A DNA stretch of 64,000 bases from Octopus sinensis (taxonomy: Eukaryota). Every line of letters starts with the position of its first letter. Within the stretch, counting starts at the first letter, position 1. The notes under the pieces were generated by a model that had not been told where the DNA came from, did no database searches, and worked only from the letters and a program-made list of their open reading frames with translations. A program made the position numbers and the translations under genes. Positions 1 through 12,342 of this stretch are shown here, one piece after another. The stretch spans positions 20,398,001-20,462,000 of the forward strand of contig NC_043023.1 of assembly GCF_006345805.1 (NCBI RefSeq), in the 5' to 3' direction.

Positions 1-39
1 TCTTGGCTCAAAAAGCAAAAGCAAGGCCATGTAGGGGGA

Positions 40-405
40 CACGGAGTTATGTACAGGGTGGTGGTCATGCAAAGAGTTCAGGCCACTTGTGGTTAAGGGA
101 GACTTTGAACCGAGCGGTCGTTGGCATCTTCACTATCTCGTCCGGCAGCTTATTCCACGGATCCGCAACCCATACAGAGAAAGCCCCTCTCCTTCGATTG
201 AGATGAGATCGTCGCAGATAGAGCTTTTCAGAGTGACCCCGCAGCCGACGCTCTGGAGCAGGAGTGAAGAACAGCTCTTTCGAGAGGTTACACTTTCCGC
301 TTATGATGTTGTGAGCGAGAATGAGATCACCACGGCATCGTTGTTTTACAATGTAAGAGGTTTGTTGCCTCAACATGTATTTATAAAGAACAACGTACCC
401 GGGTA
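40..405 (-). mobile_element. 5'-truncated CR1/L2-type LINE, C-terminal ORF2 remnant
   Basis: ORF 65..424(-) contains RCRGDLI...LRGHSEKL...RRGAFSVWV...WNKLP, the typical CR1-type post-RT tail. Confidence 0.8.
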
Positions 406-704
406 AACAGCAATTCGAGGGCATGACACCTTGGGCAAATATCTTCTACTATAGCCTCAGACCAACCAAAGCCCTGTGAGTGGATTTGGTAGAAGGAAAC
501 TGAAAAGAAGCCTATCGTAAATATAGTATGCCTTTGTGCTTGACCTCCCATCATTACCTGACACCTGGTGTTGGTTTGTTTATGTCCCTGTAACTTAGCA
601 GTTTGGCAAAAGGAGCTGATAGAATAAGTTCTGGGGTTGATTAGTTCAGGGTGGTGCCCCAGCATGACCACGATCCAGTGACTGAAACAAGTAAATGATA
701 AAAT

Positions 705-1085
705 GATCTATCTCTCTATTTAACCACCACTACCACAATCCAATCCAATCGTGGCTCCCACCACTGAATAAGTAACATTTTGCTATTATATATATATATA
801 TTTATCTGTTTAATCCCCCCTCCCCGACGAACCATGCCACTCTATATATTTATAATGTATTTCTCTCTATTTAACCACCACAATCCAATCCAATCGTGGC
901 TCCCACCACTGAATAAGTAACATTTTACTATTATATATATATATATATATTTATATCTCGTTTTAATCCCCCCCCCCAACGAACTTCGCCATTTTATATT
1001 TATAATGTATTTCTCCCTATTTAACCACCACAATCCAATCCAATCGTGGCTCCCACCACTGAATAAGTAACATTTTGCTATTATA
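705..1085. repeat. Three tandem ~150-bp units upstream of the Sec7 exon
   Basis: tatttaaccacc...caatccaatccaatcgtggctcccaccactgaataagtaacattt recurs near 715, 868 and 1017. Confidence 0.85.
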
Positions 1086-1170
1086 AACTCGCCACTGTAT
1101 TTATTTCTAACATATTTCTCTCTTTCTAACCACCACCACCATCGTCCACTCCAACCACGACGACCACCAG

Positions 1171-1345
1171 GCATTTGCCCACCGCTACTGTATATGTAAC
1201 CCCGACCAAATCAAGAACTTCCGTAACCCCGACACCATCTTCCTGCTGGCCTTTGCCATAATCATGCTCAACACGGACCTTCACAACTCCAACATCAAGA
1301 GTGACAAACGCATGAAGCTGGAGGACTTTATCAAGAACCTCCGAG
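1171..1345 (+). CDS. IQSEC: IQSEC/BRAG-family Arf-GEF, first exon in window (Sec7 domain C-terminal half)
   Basis: cag| acceptor and G|gtaag donor. Translates [58 protein letters not shown], matching the Sec7 motif of IQSEC proteins as recalled (RYCICNP...DTIFxLAFAIIxLNTD...[12 protein letters not shown]). Phase 0 to 1. Confidence 0.96.
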
Positions 1346-1389
1346 GTAAGGACCACCACTCCTCTTCTTCATCTCCATACTGTTGTTGT

Positions 1390-2225
1390 TGTTGTTCTTT
1401 AGCCCCAGGTCAGTCCTGATCCAGACAGGTCTGTGTTCAAAGATGTTCCAGCTGTGACCATCCCATCTATAATTCAGGCCTAGTGTATCCAGGAGTACAT
1501 TATCTAATGTATAGTACAGGAGTCAGTAGCTATAGTTGTTGCTTAGCCCTAGGTCAGTCCTGATCCAGACAGGCCTATGACCAAAGATGTTCCATCTGTG
1601 ACCATCCCATCTATAATTCAGGCCTAGTGTATCTAGGAGTACATTATCTAATGTATAGTACAGCAGTTAGTAGCTATAGTTGTTGCTTAGCCCTAGGTCA
1701 GTCCTGATCCAGACAGGCCTATGACCAAAGACGTTCCATCTGTGACCATCCCATCTTTTATTCAGGCATAGTGTATCTAGGAGTACATTAGATAATGTAT
1801 AGTACAGGAGTCAGTAGCTATAGTTGTTGTTTAGCCCTAGGTCAGTCCTGATCAAGACAGACCTATGACCAAAGACGCTCCAGCTGTGACCATCCCATCT
1901 TTTATACAGGCATAGTGTATCAAGGACTACATTAGATAATGTATAGTACAGGAGTCAGTAGCTATAGTTGTTGTTTAGCCCTAGGTCAGTCCTGATCCAG
2001 ACAGACCTATGACCAAAGATGTTCCAGCTGTGACCATCCCATCTTTTATTCAGGCCTAGTGTATCAAGGACTACATTAGATAATGTATAGTATAGTACTT
2101 AGTAGTAGTGGCTGTAATTGTTGTTGTTTAGCCCCAGGTCAGTCCTGATCCACACAGACCTATGATCAAAGACATTCCTTTTGTGACCACCCCATCTGTT
2201 ATTCAGACAGTGTATACATAGCTAT
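1390..2225 (+). repeat. 144-bp tandem array (about 6 units)
   Basis: ggtcagtcctgat at 1408, 1552, 1696, 1840, 1984 and 2137. Confidence 0.95.
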
Positions 2226-2719
2226 ACTTCTACCCAGTTCCAACCATTCTTTGTTCTTCACTATACAATTTGTCGCCTGTGCTGTAGCATGGGCTTGTGG
2301 GCATATCACTCTCTGTCCATTATCAAGTCTATTACTCATGTCAGGACTTACTGTGAATAGATACAAGGTGGACTTAGTCAGTGTTAGGTACTTATTGTAT
2401 TTGTTAGTTTAATCTTTGTGTGTATTTATGCGTATAAACATGTATTTGTGTGTGTGTGTGTGTGTGTCGTTGTTCAAGCTTATTTCAAGATTTCTTGCCA
2501 ATAGAGAAAGAGCCGGTTTCTAACCTAGATCCAAGGCTCCTTCATTGGAATTTTAGCATCAACAACAGTGTATGTATGTATATGTGCAGATTTGTATGTT
2601 TTATGTATCTATTCTCATGCATATAGATACATATCTAGACATGCTTATATATATATATTTAAATGATAAACTTCTGGAAAGTTTTACAGATTTTTACTGT
2701 TCCAATACATGTGAAAATC

Positions 2720-3155
2720 AAAGAATCAGATCAAAATCAAAATCGATCAACATCAAAGGAATTTGTAGTTGTGGTACCAGTGCCGGTGGCACATAAGAGA
2801 ACCATCCGAACGTAGCCGTAGCCAACACCGCATTGACTGGCCTCCGTGCTGGTGACGTATAACAAACACCATCCGATCGTGGCCGTGCCAGCCTCGCCTG
2901 GCCTCCGTGCCGGTGGCACGTAAAAAGCACCATCTGAGCGTGGTCGTTCGCCAGCCTCGTCTGGCACGTGTGTTGGTGGCACATAAAAAGCACCCACCAC
3001 ACTCACGAAGTGGTTGGCATTAGGAAGGGCATCCAGCTGTAGAAACACTGCCAGATCTGACTGGGCCTGGTGCAGCCTTCGGGCTTCCCAGACCCCAGTC
3101 AAACCATCCAACCCATGCTAGCATGGAAAGCGGACACTAAACAATGATGATGATG
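2720..3155 (+). mobile_element. Family B retroposon 3' end with (GAT)n tail (RTE-like non-coding end or SINE)
   Basis: ggttggcattaggaagggcatccagctgtagaaac...ccaacccatgctagcatggaaagcggac then (gat)n. The same tail type ends the RTE fragments in this window. Further plus-strand copies at about 25970-26117, 34760-35010 and 40985-41342. Confidence 0.8.
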
Positions 3156-3187
3156 TATGTATATATATATATATATATCTACACATT

Positions 3188-3237
<50 letters not shown>

Positions 3238-3680
3238 GAAGCATTGATAAATCTCTGAATGAGGTATAAACAGTAACTGCACGTCGATGTGAAGTATATA
3301 TATATAGGCTACCTAAATGTGGCTAACCACTAAGGGTGGGTGTTACTGTAGCTTGTAGCCCCAGGAGAACATCTTCTCCAGCTGGCTATTGACACACTTT
3401 CTGTACCCTATCAGTAAAGAAGCATTGGTTATAGAACAAACATTAAATTCGGGTCAACGACTTTATATACAAGAGCCCCACCCCTCAAGCGTGTAATCAT
3501 ATATAAAAATCCCCATGGTTCCCAAACACATGAAAATAATACCTATACATAAAATCAGAGAAGGTAAAAATATATAATCGAATAAAATACAAATAGAGCA
3601 GCCAGTCAAGAATGTTAAATATAAATGGCTAAAAATTCAAAAACTACCAAAAAAACCTAATAGACAAATATAAATAAGTA

Positions 3681-3847
3681 AGTGGCTGTGTGGTAAGTAG
3701 CTTGCTAACCAACCACATGGTTCCGGGTTCAGTCCCACTGCGTGGCATCTTGGGCAAGTGTCTTCTGCTATAGCCCCGGGCCGACCAATGCCTTGTGAGT
3801 GGATTTGGTAGACAGAAACTGAAAGAAGCCCGTCGTATATATGTATT

Positions 3848-3878
<31 letters not shown>

Positions 3879-4087
3879 CTGTTTGTCCCCGCTAACATCG
3901 CTTGACAACCGATGCTGGTGTGTTTACGTCCCCGTCACATAGCGGTTCGGCAAAAAGAGACCGATAGAATAAGTACTGGGCTTACACAAAGAATAAGTCC
4001 CGGGGTCGATTTGCTCGACTAAAGGCGGTGCTCCAGCATGGCCGCAGTCAAATGACTGAAACAAGTAAGAGAATAAAAAGAATAAAA
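3681..4087 (+). mobile_element. Family A tRNA-derived CORE-like SINE (resembles octopus OR-type SINEs)
   Basis: A box tggctgtgtgg, B-box-like gggttcagtccc, CORE-like ttgggcaagtgtcttc, internal (ta)n(tg)n, tail ggcggtgctccagcatggccgcagtcaaatgactgaaacaagtaa. The OR assignment is from memory. Confidence 0.85.
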
Positions 4088-4948
4088 TAAATATCCACTG
4101 ACTAAAAAAGTTTTATCAGACGATTAAAATATTTTTTTAAAATTGTTTTTTAATTTTTGGAAAAAATTATTTTTTTTAAATATTTGAAAAAATTCTTTTA
4201 CTTCCCTCACACAAATACGTCCAAAGTTCGTAAGTAAACAGACTTCCACGGGTCAAATTCAACATTTGCATATATCTATGGCCATTTTGGGAGCTCACCA
4301 CCACAGTCCATCATCATCGTTTAACGTCCGTTTTCCATGCTGGCATGGGTTGGACGATTTTGACTGAGGACTGGCGAACCAGATGGCTGCACCAGGCTCC
4401 AATCTGATCCGGTAGAGTTTCTACAGCTAGATGCCCTTCCTAACGCCAACCACTCTGAGAGTGTAGCAGGTGCATTTTACGTGCCACTGGTACGAGGGCC
4501 AGTCAGGTGGTACTGGCAATGACCTCGCTCGAATGGTGCCTTTTATGTCATTTACACCAAAGTGCATCACAGTGATAAACACGAAACGCACAGATGAAAA
4601 AATTTTTTTATGAAAAGCTGATATAATTTCAAAGAAAAACCTATGAAAAGCTGATATAATTTAAAAAAACCCAAATTTGATGTTTCTTCTATAACCAATG
4701 CTTCTTTATCTTTATCGCATTTCTATTTGAGCACTTCTTTTGCAGCCCTATAAACCCTTTTGTTTCTATAAAAAGAGACAAATATTATTTCTTGTTGTAT
4801 GTTATCTTTGTCGAAGAGCGTAGGCTCGAAATGTAAAAGACTTTTTCTATTTCTATTCCTGAGCGCCATACTAATACATTTGTTTGCTTGTACTCCACCT
4901 GCCTTCGTCTTTTGTTTATTTTCGTAAACCTTCCCTTTATATATATAC

Positions 4949-4979
<31 letters not shown>

Positions 4980-5144
4980 TATACATATCTCCTTGTTTCT
5001 TTTCTGTGTATCTTTCTGTCGAAGAGCGTAGGCTCGAAACATAAAAGACTTGTTCTCTTTCTATTCCTGAGCGCTATACTAATACATTTGTTTGTTTGTA
5101 CTCCACCTGTCTTCGTCTTTTGTTTATTTTCGTAAAGCTTCCCG

Positions 5145-5199
<55 letters not shown>

Positions 5200-5372
5200 A
5201 ATTAGAAAAAAAAAACACCTTTTATTAATTCAAAATGACAAATTAAATTACACCATCTTGAAAATTGCATATAATAGAAATATTAAATATAAGAGAAAAA
5301 TGTATCGATGATTAAGTATTGTGCAAAATAAATTGAATTTTTCCCTGTAAGTTTGGAATAATCCCTCAAATT

Positions 5373-5404
<32 letters not shown>

Positions 5405-5661
5405 TATAATAATACAATTAAGGGCTCCTAAATTAGGATGCCAAGTACTGGGAACACAAAAGGGAGATGAACTTATCGAGAGTGAAAATCAAAAACGTTT
5501 ACCGATAACTTTACACCTCGGACTGATCAGTTTCTGCCTCTTTCTAGCAAAACACAGAATATGTTTGCTAAGGCTGGCTTCATCAACGAGTGGCCTAAAT
5601 TGAATCGAGGTCTGCAGCGATGTGAGACCATGTGTTGAACTCGACTACTAGCAGATCTTAA

Positions 5662-5709
<48 letters not shown>

Positions 5710-5768
5710 CATACATACACATACATGCATATGCTCACATTTTTGTTTTTGTTTCTTTTTTTCTTTAG

Positions 5769-5908
5769 GGATCGATGAGACAGATGACATAGATAGGGAT
5801 TTACTAAGAGGGATCTACGAGAGGATCCGGGTACAGGATTTCCAACCTGGGGTGGATCACCAATCACAAGTGATGAAAGTGGAGCAGACTATCGTCGGAA
5901 AGAAACCG
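5769..5908 (+). CDS. IQSEC: IQSEC exon (end of Sec7 and linker)
   Basis: ttctttag| acceptor and CCG|gtgcgt donor. G+GG then IDETDDIDRDLLRGIYERIRVQDFQPGVDHQSQVMKVEQTIVGKKP. Phase 1 to 0, fits the previous exon. Confidence 0.95.
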
Positions 5909-6179
5909 GTGCGTATATATATATATATGTGTGGAGGGAATAATGTTGGGGTGTTGCTGGGTGTGTGTGTGTGTGTGTGTGTATATATACGTGCGTGTGT
6001 GTCATTGTCGATCTACATAAGTTTTTCTTGTTGGTATGGGTCAGACGGTTTGACAGGGGATGGCAAGAGCTGGAGAGCTGCCCCATGGTTTCTGTGGGTG
6101 GAGGCCCTTCCTAAGGGAAACCCCTTTGCAAAGTGCACTGGGTGCTTCTTACGTGGCGTGAGTACCAGTTCCTTTCTAT

Positions 6180-6870
6180 GTGACACTGGCACAGGTGCCT
6201 CTCTGCATATATCAGCAGGGGAGCTTCAACATGTGACACTGGCACAGGTGCCTCTCTGTATATACCAGCAGGGGAGCATCAGCATGTGGCACTGGCACAG
6301 GTGCCTCTCTGCATACACCAGCAGGGGAGCATCAGCATGTGGCAATGGCACAGGTGCCTCTCTGCATATATCAGCAGGGGAGCTTCAACATGTGGCACTG
6401 GCACAGGTGCCTCTCTGCATACACCAGCAGGGGAGCATCAGCATGTGGCACTGGCACAGGTGCCTCTCTGCGTGGAACTGGCATGGGAGTATCAGCATGT
6501 GGCACTGGCACAGGTGCCTCTCTGCATACACCAGCAGGGGAGTATCAATATGCGGCACTGGCACAGGTGCCTCTATATGGTAGTGACATGGGAGCATCAA
6601 CTCCTCTACGTGGCATTGGCGCTGGTGCCTCTCTGCATACTCCAGCAGGGGAGCTTCACCATGTGACACTGGCACAGGTGCCTCTCTGCATGGAAGTGAC
6701 ATGGGAGCATCACCATGAGGCACTGGCACAGATACTCCTCTCCATGTCGCTAGCTCAGGTGCCTCTCTACGTGGCACTGGTGCAGGTGCCTCTATGTGGA
6801 AGTGACATGGGAGCATCAACATGGAGCACTGGCACAGGTACTCTTAAGAATGCGGCGCTGGCACAGGCAC
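6180..6870 (+). repeat. 53-bp minisatellite with shorter variants, inside a family B-like element
   Basis: gtgacactggcacaggtgcctctctgcatatatcagcaggggagcttcaacat at 6180, 6233, 6286 and onward. Confidence 0.9.
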
Positions 6871-7682
6871 TTTTCCGCACGACTCTAGCATGGGTACGTT
6901 TTACATGTGACACCGAAATGAGTGCCTTTCACATGGCCTCAGCCCCTGTAAGCCCACAAGGATGAAAACCTCCCATCTCGCAGGTTCACAGGGAGTGGTG
7001 GTGGTGGTGGTGGTTGTGGTGAGGCATAACAGTAAAGGACTTGCTTGTATGAAGGGATGGCCACCGTTTTACTTAGCTTGGTCTGTCTTCTCAAGCGCAG
7101 TGAACCACCAGAAGTCTGTGTGTGCCATCATCATCATCGTCATCATTTAATGTCCGTTGTCCAGGCTGACATGGGTTGGACAGTTTGACCAGGGCTGGCA
7201 CGGTTGGAAGGCTGCACCAGATTCCAGTCTGATTTGTCACGGTTTTCTATGGCTGGATGCCCTTCCTAACGCCAACCACTCCGAGAGCGTAATGGGTGAT
7301 TTTTATGTGCCACCAGCAAGGGTGCCATGTGCGTGGAACCAGTATCTGCTATGACTGCGATTTTGCTCAGATTGTTGAATCTCCTTCTCAAGCACTACTT
7401 AATGTCAAAGGTCATGGTCATGACCTCTGTGCAGCCTTACACACAATATACATACATACATACATACCAGATCGCCATGTTGATTCGTTAGCTACTGCAC
7501 GCATTTTTTTTCTCTCCTTCTTTCTGTGTTTTTCTCTCTCTGTGTATCTTTCTGTTGAAGAGCGTAGGGTCGAAACGTTAAAGACTTGTTTTATTTATAT
7601 TTCCTGAGCGCCATACTAATACAATTGTTCGTTTGTTTTCCACCTGCCTTCGTCTTTTGTTTATTTTCATAAAGCTTCCCGT

Positions 7683-7767
<85 letters not shown>

Positions 7768-8067
7768 TGGTTGAAGTGTACAGTATCATGTCCATTGTGG
7801 CCAATGTTACCAATCAGTTTCACATTGGGTATTGAAACCAGATGTTAGATAACAGTTTGGTTAAGTAATACCACATGCTCTTCAGAGCTGGCAAGTATAC
7901 CATGGTTCCGGGTTCAGTCCCACTGCGTGGCATCTTGGGCAAGTGTTTTCTGCTATAGCCCCGGGCTACCAATGCCTTGTGAGTGGATTTGGTAGACGGA
8001 AACTGAAAGAAGTAGGTCGTATATATGTATATATATATATATATATATTATATATTATATATATATA

Positions 8068-8442
8068 GGCGCAGGGCGGCTGTGTGGTAAGTAGCTTGCT
8101 AACCAACCACATGGTTCCGGGTTCAGTCCCACTGCGTGGCATCTTGGGCAAGTGTCTTTTGCTATAGCCCCGGGCCGACCAATGCCTTGTGAGTGGATTT
8201 GGTAGACGGAAACTGAAAGAAGCCCATCATATATATGTATATATATATATGTACGTGTGTGTGTTTGTGTCTGTGTTTGTCCCCCAATGTGTTTACGTCC
8301 CCGTCACTTAGCGGTTTGGCAAAAGAGACCGATAGAATAAGTACTGGGCTTACAAAGAATAATTCCCAGGGTCGATATGCTTGACTAAAGGCGGTGCTCC
8401 AGCATGGCCGCAGTCAAAATGACTGAAACAAGTAAAAGAGAA
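8068..8442 (+). mobile_element. Family A SINE, preceded by a partial head at about 7900-8020
   Basis: Full head-to-tail match to the 3681 copy. Confidence 0.85.
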
Positions 8443-8901
8443 AAAAAAAGAGATACCGGCTGTACTGGTTCTATGATACCATACACTTATACAAGGGCAT
8501 ATTTTTATCTGACTTTGTGGATTCTTAGAAAACTAAGTGTGTGTGTGTATGTGGGTTAACAAGGAACCAATAGTTTCATGTGAAGAGATCTTAATTGTTT
8601 GAGTGTGCCACATCGTTTTGCTGGTTCTCTTCTCCATTTCGGATGAGAAGACCGTCTCATCCAAAATGAGGATGAATACCAACACTTCCATGTGGTGGCA
8701 CATTTGGACAATTGTGAAGACCTTTTTTACTGCATGAAACTACTGGTAGCCTTGTTAACCACTGACAAATAAAGGATACCTAATGCGATGTTGAGTACTG
8801 ATTCTCACTGTTTGACATTAGTGTATGTATATATACACATATATAAAATCTGTGTGTTTACCTCAATGTATAATGATGTCTCTGTTGTTTCCTCTCCACA
8901 G

Positions 8902-9027
8902 CAATTGGCGTTACCGCACCGGCGGCTAGTATGTTATTGCCGACTTTACGAGATCCATGACCCTTACAAGAAAGAGAAGATTGGTCTGCATCAGCGGGAA
9001 GTCTTTCTTTTTAATGATATTATTCTG
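8902..9027 (+). CDS. IQSEC: IQSEC exon (PH domain start)
   Basis: ctccacag| acceptor and CTG|gtaagt donor. QLALPHRRLVCYCRLYEIHDPYKKEKIGLHQREVFLFNDIIL, with the hallmark PHRRLVCYCRL...GLHQRE.FLFND. 126 nt, phase 0 to 0. Confidence 0.97.
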
Positions 9028-9059
9028 GTAAGTTCTATGCTGCTTTGCACTCAGGGAAA

Positions 9060-9346
9060 AAGAGAGAGAGAGAGAGAGAGGGGAATCAGACAGTTGGTCC
9101 CACTGGTATGGCTTATACCTCTCTCTGCTCCTCCCCACCTCTCTCTCATTTTCTCTCCTCTTTCACTTCTCTCTCTCTCCTCTCTCTTCTCTCTCTCTCC
9201 TCTCTCTCTCTCTTCTCTCTCTCTCTCCTCTCTCTCTCTTCTCTCTCCTCTCTCTCTCCTCTCTCTTCTCTCTCTCTCTCTCCTCTCTCTCTCCTCTCTC
9301 TTCTCTCTCTCTCTTCTGTCTTCTCTCTCTCTCTCTTCTCTCTCTC

Positions 9347-9379
<33 letters not shown>

Positions 9380-9441
9380 TCTCTCTCTCTCTCTTCTCTC
9401 TCTCTCCTCTCTCTCTCCTCTCCTCTCTCTCTCTCTCTCTC
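9060..9441. repeat. (GA)n/(CT)n compound microsatellite
   Basis: Direct reading; it is the source of the L/S and E/R ORFs. Confidence 0.95.
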
Positions 9442-9589
9442 GTTATATTTGTGTTTCAGTGAATATTTTGTCTCACACATATATTCAGGGTGTGATGGAT
9501 AAATTGTCATTTTATATTATCAATTTCGTGCATGCACGTTGATTGTTTTTGATTTTGTCGACTACACAGTATAGTAGGGTCAGTTGGGC

Positions 9590-10160
9590 ACCGTCTGTGA
9601 GAAAAACAGCACAATGATGCAATTCACTCTGCCAGAAATTTGGAAACGACATGCTGTACTGCTTGGCATACACACTGGAAGCTCCAGTATGAGCATTTCA
9701 GTGTGTGTGCGATTTGGGGACATGTACGAAGAGTGATAAAAATCAAACATCCAGTCAACATCATGGTGTTTGGAGTGATCACTAGTGATGGCAACATTAT
9801 ACTGCCATTCATCTTCTGACATGGCCTTGACACAACACAGAGGCCAACATCAAGGGCCTGGAGGAGGTAGTGCTGCCCTGGGTGAAGAGGGTGGCTGCTG
9901 GAAGACCCTATGTCTGGCAACAGGACTCTGCACCATGTCACACAAGCAGGAGAACCCAGTCATGGCTGTCAGACAATTTCTGTGACCACATCACCCCTAA
10001 CATCTAGCCACCAAACACCCTTGACTGCAACCTCCTTGATTATTATGTATGGGGTCACAGTTGAATGAGACGCCAACAGAACTCCTTGTAACCCCAAAGA
10101 TGAACCCTAAGGCAAGGATTATGGCAGCATTGACCAACTTAAACAAGGAAACTGTCCAAA
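9590..10160 (+). pseudogene. Tc1/mariner superfamily DD37D (maT) transposase relic
   Basis: KHPVNIMVFGVITSDG ... YVWQQDSAPCHTSRRTQSWLSDNFCDHITPNI*PPNTLDCNLLDYYVWG: 37 residues between the second and third Asp, with stops and frameshifts. Confidence 0.85.
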
Positions 10161-10849
10161 AGATTTATAAGTGGAATAGACCATGTGCTCAGAGCCTGCA
10201 GATTGCTTGGAAACACAAGGTGTGCTATAAAAACTTGCCTAGACTCATGTCTCCACAGCAAGAAACTATTAGTTGCCCTTATTTTTATACATTAAATGAT
10301 ATTTATCTCTCGCTGGATGGAGTCCTATTTTTGTGGGTCCTACCTTAACAGGATAGTAAGCTGTATGGACCTACATGTTTACATACCTCAAAGGATCTTT
10401 GTCTTATAAGTTTCTTGGTGACCCTGCATGTGCTGGTGCCACATAAAAAGCACTCGGTCCACTCTGCAGGGTGGTTGGTGTCAGGAAGAGCATCCAGCCA
10501 CTCTGCAGAGTGGTCAGTATTTGGAAGGTCATCCAGCTGTAACAACCATGCCAAAATTGACCTCACCTGTGCTTGTACCGTGTAATGGTCATCCAGTTAT
10601 AAAAGCCGTGCTAAAACAGGCCTCACCTGTACAGGTGTTACATTGTAAAATCTCTTACAGAAATAATTAGAATCTATAAAAATATAAATAGTTATCGACC
10701 ACAGACACCTGGATATACTGAGGAGTGTGTGATATAAATTTACATATATTAGCCAGAAAAACCCTCAATGTATTGAGTGTGCAATAGGTGAACCCCCATT
10801 GTACTTAGTGTGTGATAGGTGAACCTCAATGTACTGAGTGCACAAAAGG

Positions 10850-11340
10850 GGAATCATGATGTACTGAGTGCATGACAGGTGAACCGTGATGTACTGAGTG
10901 CATGATAGGTGAACTGTAATATATTGACTGCGTGATAGGTGAACTGTGATGTACTGAGTGTGTGACAGGTGAAACGTGATGTACTGAGTGTGTGACAGGT
11001 GAACCGTGATGTATTGAGTGCGTGACAGGTGAACCGTGATGTATTGAGTGTGTGACAGGTGAACCGTGATGTATTGAGTGCGTGACAGGTGAACTGTGAT
11101 GTACTGAGTGTGTGACAGGTGAACTGTGATGTATTGAGTGTGTGACAGGTGAACCGTGATGTATTGAGTGCGTGACAGGTGAACCGTGATGTATTGAGTG
11201 CGTGACAGGTGAACCGTGATGTATTGAGTGTGTGACAGGTGAACCGTGATGTATTGAGTGTGTGACAGGTGAACCGTGATGTATTGAGTGCGTGACAGGT
11301 GAACCGTGATGTACTGAGTGTGTGACAGGTGAACCGTGAT
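10850..11340 (+). repeat. 30-bp minisatellite (about 16 copies)
   Basis: gtgatgtattgagtgtgtgacaggtgaacc with period 30. Confidence 0.95.
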
Positions 11341-11743
11341 ATGGTGTTGGATTGCTGTACTTCGAATGATACTAAATCAAAATGGTGAGTTTTTTAACCC
11401 ATAAGTGCCCATGGCCCTTTTTTTATGACTAGAAAGATAATCCATCATATTTCTGCAACACCTGTATTTTTCTGAGATATTGTTAGTTATCAAGGCTGGA
11501 GTGCCTTTCAAATATTGTAATAAACATTTATATATATATATATTGGATAGTCAAAACTATTGAAAAGGTTGCAAGACACAACGAAAATTTTCGGAAGATA
11601 AAAATAAGGAATAAGTGGAAATTTTACCAGTGAGTGTGTTACATAATAAGGCACTAAAAGAGAATGACTCTCCCCAGACACAACAGAATATGCTTCAACA
11701 CACGAACCCACATAAAGAATCTTACAAACCAAATCCAAAAACG

Positions 11744-11791
<48 letters not shown>

Positions 11792-11825
11792 TATATATAT
11801 ATAAATATATATAAATATATATAAA

Positions 11826-12095
11826 TATATATAAAAGTGAAGTTGTGTGAGTGTCTGTCTCCTACGATTTAGATTCCTAACTACTCCCACATTTTGCGGT
11901 GCAGTTTCTTATAGTCGTGATTCATATCGAGCCCTTCTGGGTATTAGCATGAGTCTACGATTTAAAAAAAAATTTACCATCATTTTTTTCCATTTTTAAT
12001 GCATTTTTTTGCTATCTTTTGGCTATAACTCTCTAAAAATGCTTATATAGTTATTTCCCTTACAAACCCGAGCAACGCCGGGCGATACTGCTAGT
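11826..12095 (+). mobile_element. Non-autonomous Helitron-type element
   Basis: 5' tatataaaa, 3' hairpin cccgagcaacgccggg followed by ctagt. Confidence 0.7.
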
Positions 12096-12242
12096 ATCAG
12101 TTAAAGTTGTATAAAAAATGATTTTTGATAATAAATTAAATTAAAAGAAAATTTGTGCCCCAATGGGTTTTAAAATCAGTTGTCTTTTAGCCAAAGGTCG
12201 GATACTTTTTGACGACACTTCGTTAACCTTTTCTATTTTCAG

Positions 12243-12342
12243 ATTACCAAAATATTTAGTAAGAAAAAAACAGGTATCACTTACTCCTTCAAGCAGTATT
12301 TCTCACTGTACGGCATGCAGGCGTATCTGTTTGAGACCTCAC
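12243..12342 (+). CDS. IQSEC: IQSEC exon (PH domain)
   Basis: attttcag| acceptor and C|gtaagt donor. ITKIFSKKKTGITYSFKQYFSLYGMQAYLFETS. Not in the ORF track. Phase 0 to 1. Confidence 0.95.

Noticed and set aside
1-1170. 5' part of IQSEC (IQ motif, Sec7 N-half)
   Set aside because: Not present; the gene starts upstream of the window.
2500-2560. Hammerhead-like CCAAUGA...GAAACCGG on the minus strand
   Set aside because: Core has substitutions and stem I cannot be formed.
5852-6965. Long ORFs of 243, 126, 208 and 145 aa rich in C/H/W
   Set aside because: They are translations of the 53-bp minisatellite; only 5769-5908 is a real exon.
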